Notes under the pieces: generated by a model
Databases searched by the model: none
What the model was told of the DNA's origin: nothing
The model's input: only the letters and a program-made list of their open reading frames with translations
Position numbers and translations under genes: made by a program
Shown here: in pieces, positions 5,111 to 5,844 of the stretch
Numbering within the stretch: the stretch's first letter is position 1
Layout of the letters: the number at the start of each line of letters is the position of its first letter
From: a virus
Lineage: Duplodnaviria > Heunggongvirae > Uroviricota > Caudoviricetes
Length of the DNA stretch: 5,844 nt
Strand: one strand, 5' to 3'
IMG/VR virus record: IMGVR_UViG_2713896791_000002

Positions 5111-5403
5111 CGAGCCACCTCCTGATAAATCACCGCATGCCCCAGTTTCTCCGCCAGTGCCAGCTCTGCCTTAGCGCCCGCTGACCGCTGCCAGCCATTC
5201 AGCATGTAAATCGCATCCACACAACGAATCATTGCCATGCAAATATCCATGTAGTGCGGCTGTGTCAGCCCGTCCGGAAGTACTGCCGGAGTTAAGACGG
5301 TATGCCCTTCCCGTTTCAGTTCCTCTTCCGCCTTGTGAAACGCCTCACGGTTGAAATTTTCATATCCCGTCATTGGACCGGCAATATAAACTCTCACCCT
5401 CAC
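5107..5403 (-). CDS. DUF4406-like protein (nucleoside 2-deoxyribosyltransferase-like fold), about 98 aa
   Basis: VRVRVYIAGPMTGYENFNREAFHKAEEELKREGHTVLTPAVLPDGL...DAIYMLNGWQRSAGAKAELALAEKLG: the YIAGPMTG N-terminal motif and overall pattern fit DUF4406. GTG start at 5403 is chosen because AGGAGG lies 7 nt upstream and it overlaps the upstream TGA (GTGA); the track start at 5472 would overlap the upstream gene by 70 nt. Confidence 0.65.
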   Translation of the reverse strand: MRVRVYIAGPMTGYENFNREAFHKAEEELKREGHTVLTPAVLPDGLTQPHYMDICMAMIRCVDAIYMLNGWQRSAGAKAELALAEKLGHAVIYQEVAR

Positions 5404-5792
5404 TCCATCACCTCCTGAAAGTTTCCCCGATAGAACGCCAGCACACGCTGCATAACTTCGCTCTGGCGGCACTCACGACAAATTATGTTCTGCCGTCTGT
5501 TGTAACGACGTATTTCTCCGTCAGGTAACTTTCGAATCAGTGTCGGGTCAGCAGCCTTCTCCGGTGTCTTACGCCATACGCGATACGCCTGCTCTGATGG
5601 AAATACCCCGCAACCAGAGAGCCAGACATCACCACTGGCCGCAAGCGCACCAGATAAACGACGAATAGCGGTCTTACTGACACCCGTTTTATCTGCCAGT
5701 TGTCGAAAAGTTTCTCGTCCGCTCAGGCGCACGAATTCCACAATGCGCGCCTTCACTTCTTCCCGCTCTTCTGGTGTAAATTCTTTTGCCAT
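5400..5792 (-). CDS. Putative HTH DNA-binding protein (about 130 aa)
   Basis: ATG at 5792 with GGAGG 5 nt upstream is preferred over the track's non-ATG start at 5807. Segment TFRQLADKTGVSKTAIRRLSGAL looks like a helix-turn-helix. First gene of the coupled chain visible in the window. Confidence 0.55.
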   Translation of the reverse strand: MAKEFTPEEREEVKARIVEFVRLSGRETFRQLADKTGVSKTAIRRLSGALAASGDVWLSGCGVFPSEQAYRVWRKTPEKAADPTLIRKLPDGEIRRYNRRQNIICRECRQSEVMQRVLAFYRGNFQEVME

Positions 5793-5844
5793 AAGCGCCT
5801 CCGGCAATCACTTTTCCGATACAACACGGCGGGAAGAATCAGTA

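Noticed and set aside
5110-5420. Repeated TCAGGAGG upstream of several minus-strand starts (for example 5126-5119 and 5419-5412) as a distinct regulatory motif
   Set aside because: These sit at normal SD spacing from their start codons and are most simply ordinary strong ribosome-binding sites. Only the two copies followed by the hairpin are treated as a special element.
1-5844. CRISPR array, tRNA or rRNA genes, integrase or transposase
   Set aside because: No regularly spaced direct repeats, no tRNA-like cloverleaf candidates and no recombinase motifs were found; the only repeats are the two-copy intergenic elements reported above.

Overview
This window reads as a gene-dense accessory region of a lambdoid-type enterobacterial prophage, resembling the early-left ea/moron region; identifications rest on motif recognition and manual translation, not database searches. 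The minus strand carries a chain of small, tightly packed genes, many joined by overlapping stop/start codons (ATGA or GTGA): an HTH protein, a DUF4406-like protein, two Ead/Ea22-like paralogs, a Cys/His-motif protein, several small acidic or membrane proteins and an HNH endonuclease. A plus-strand parD-parE type II toxin-antitoxin cassette with its own putative promoter/operator sits convergent to this chain, separated from it by a bidirectional terminator-like hairpin. Left of the cassette are three more minus-strand genes, the last running off the window edge. The most notable non-coding signals are two copies of a ~30-nt SD + GNRA-tetraloop hairpin placed just before start codons, and two copies of an AT-rich intergenic linker. 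Two 50-N gaps (207-256, 3895-3944) and scattered ambiguous bases (583-649) limit certainty in those areas. No rRNA, tRNA, CRISPR array or integrase/transposase was seen.
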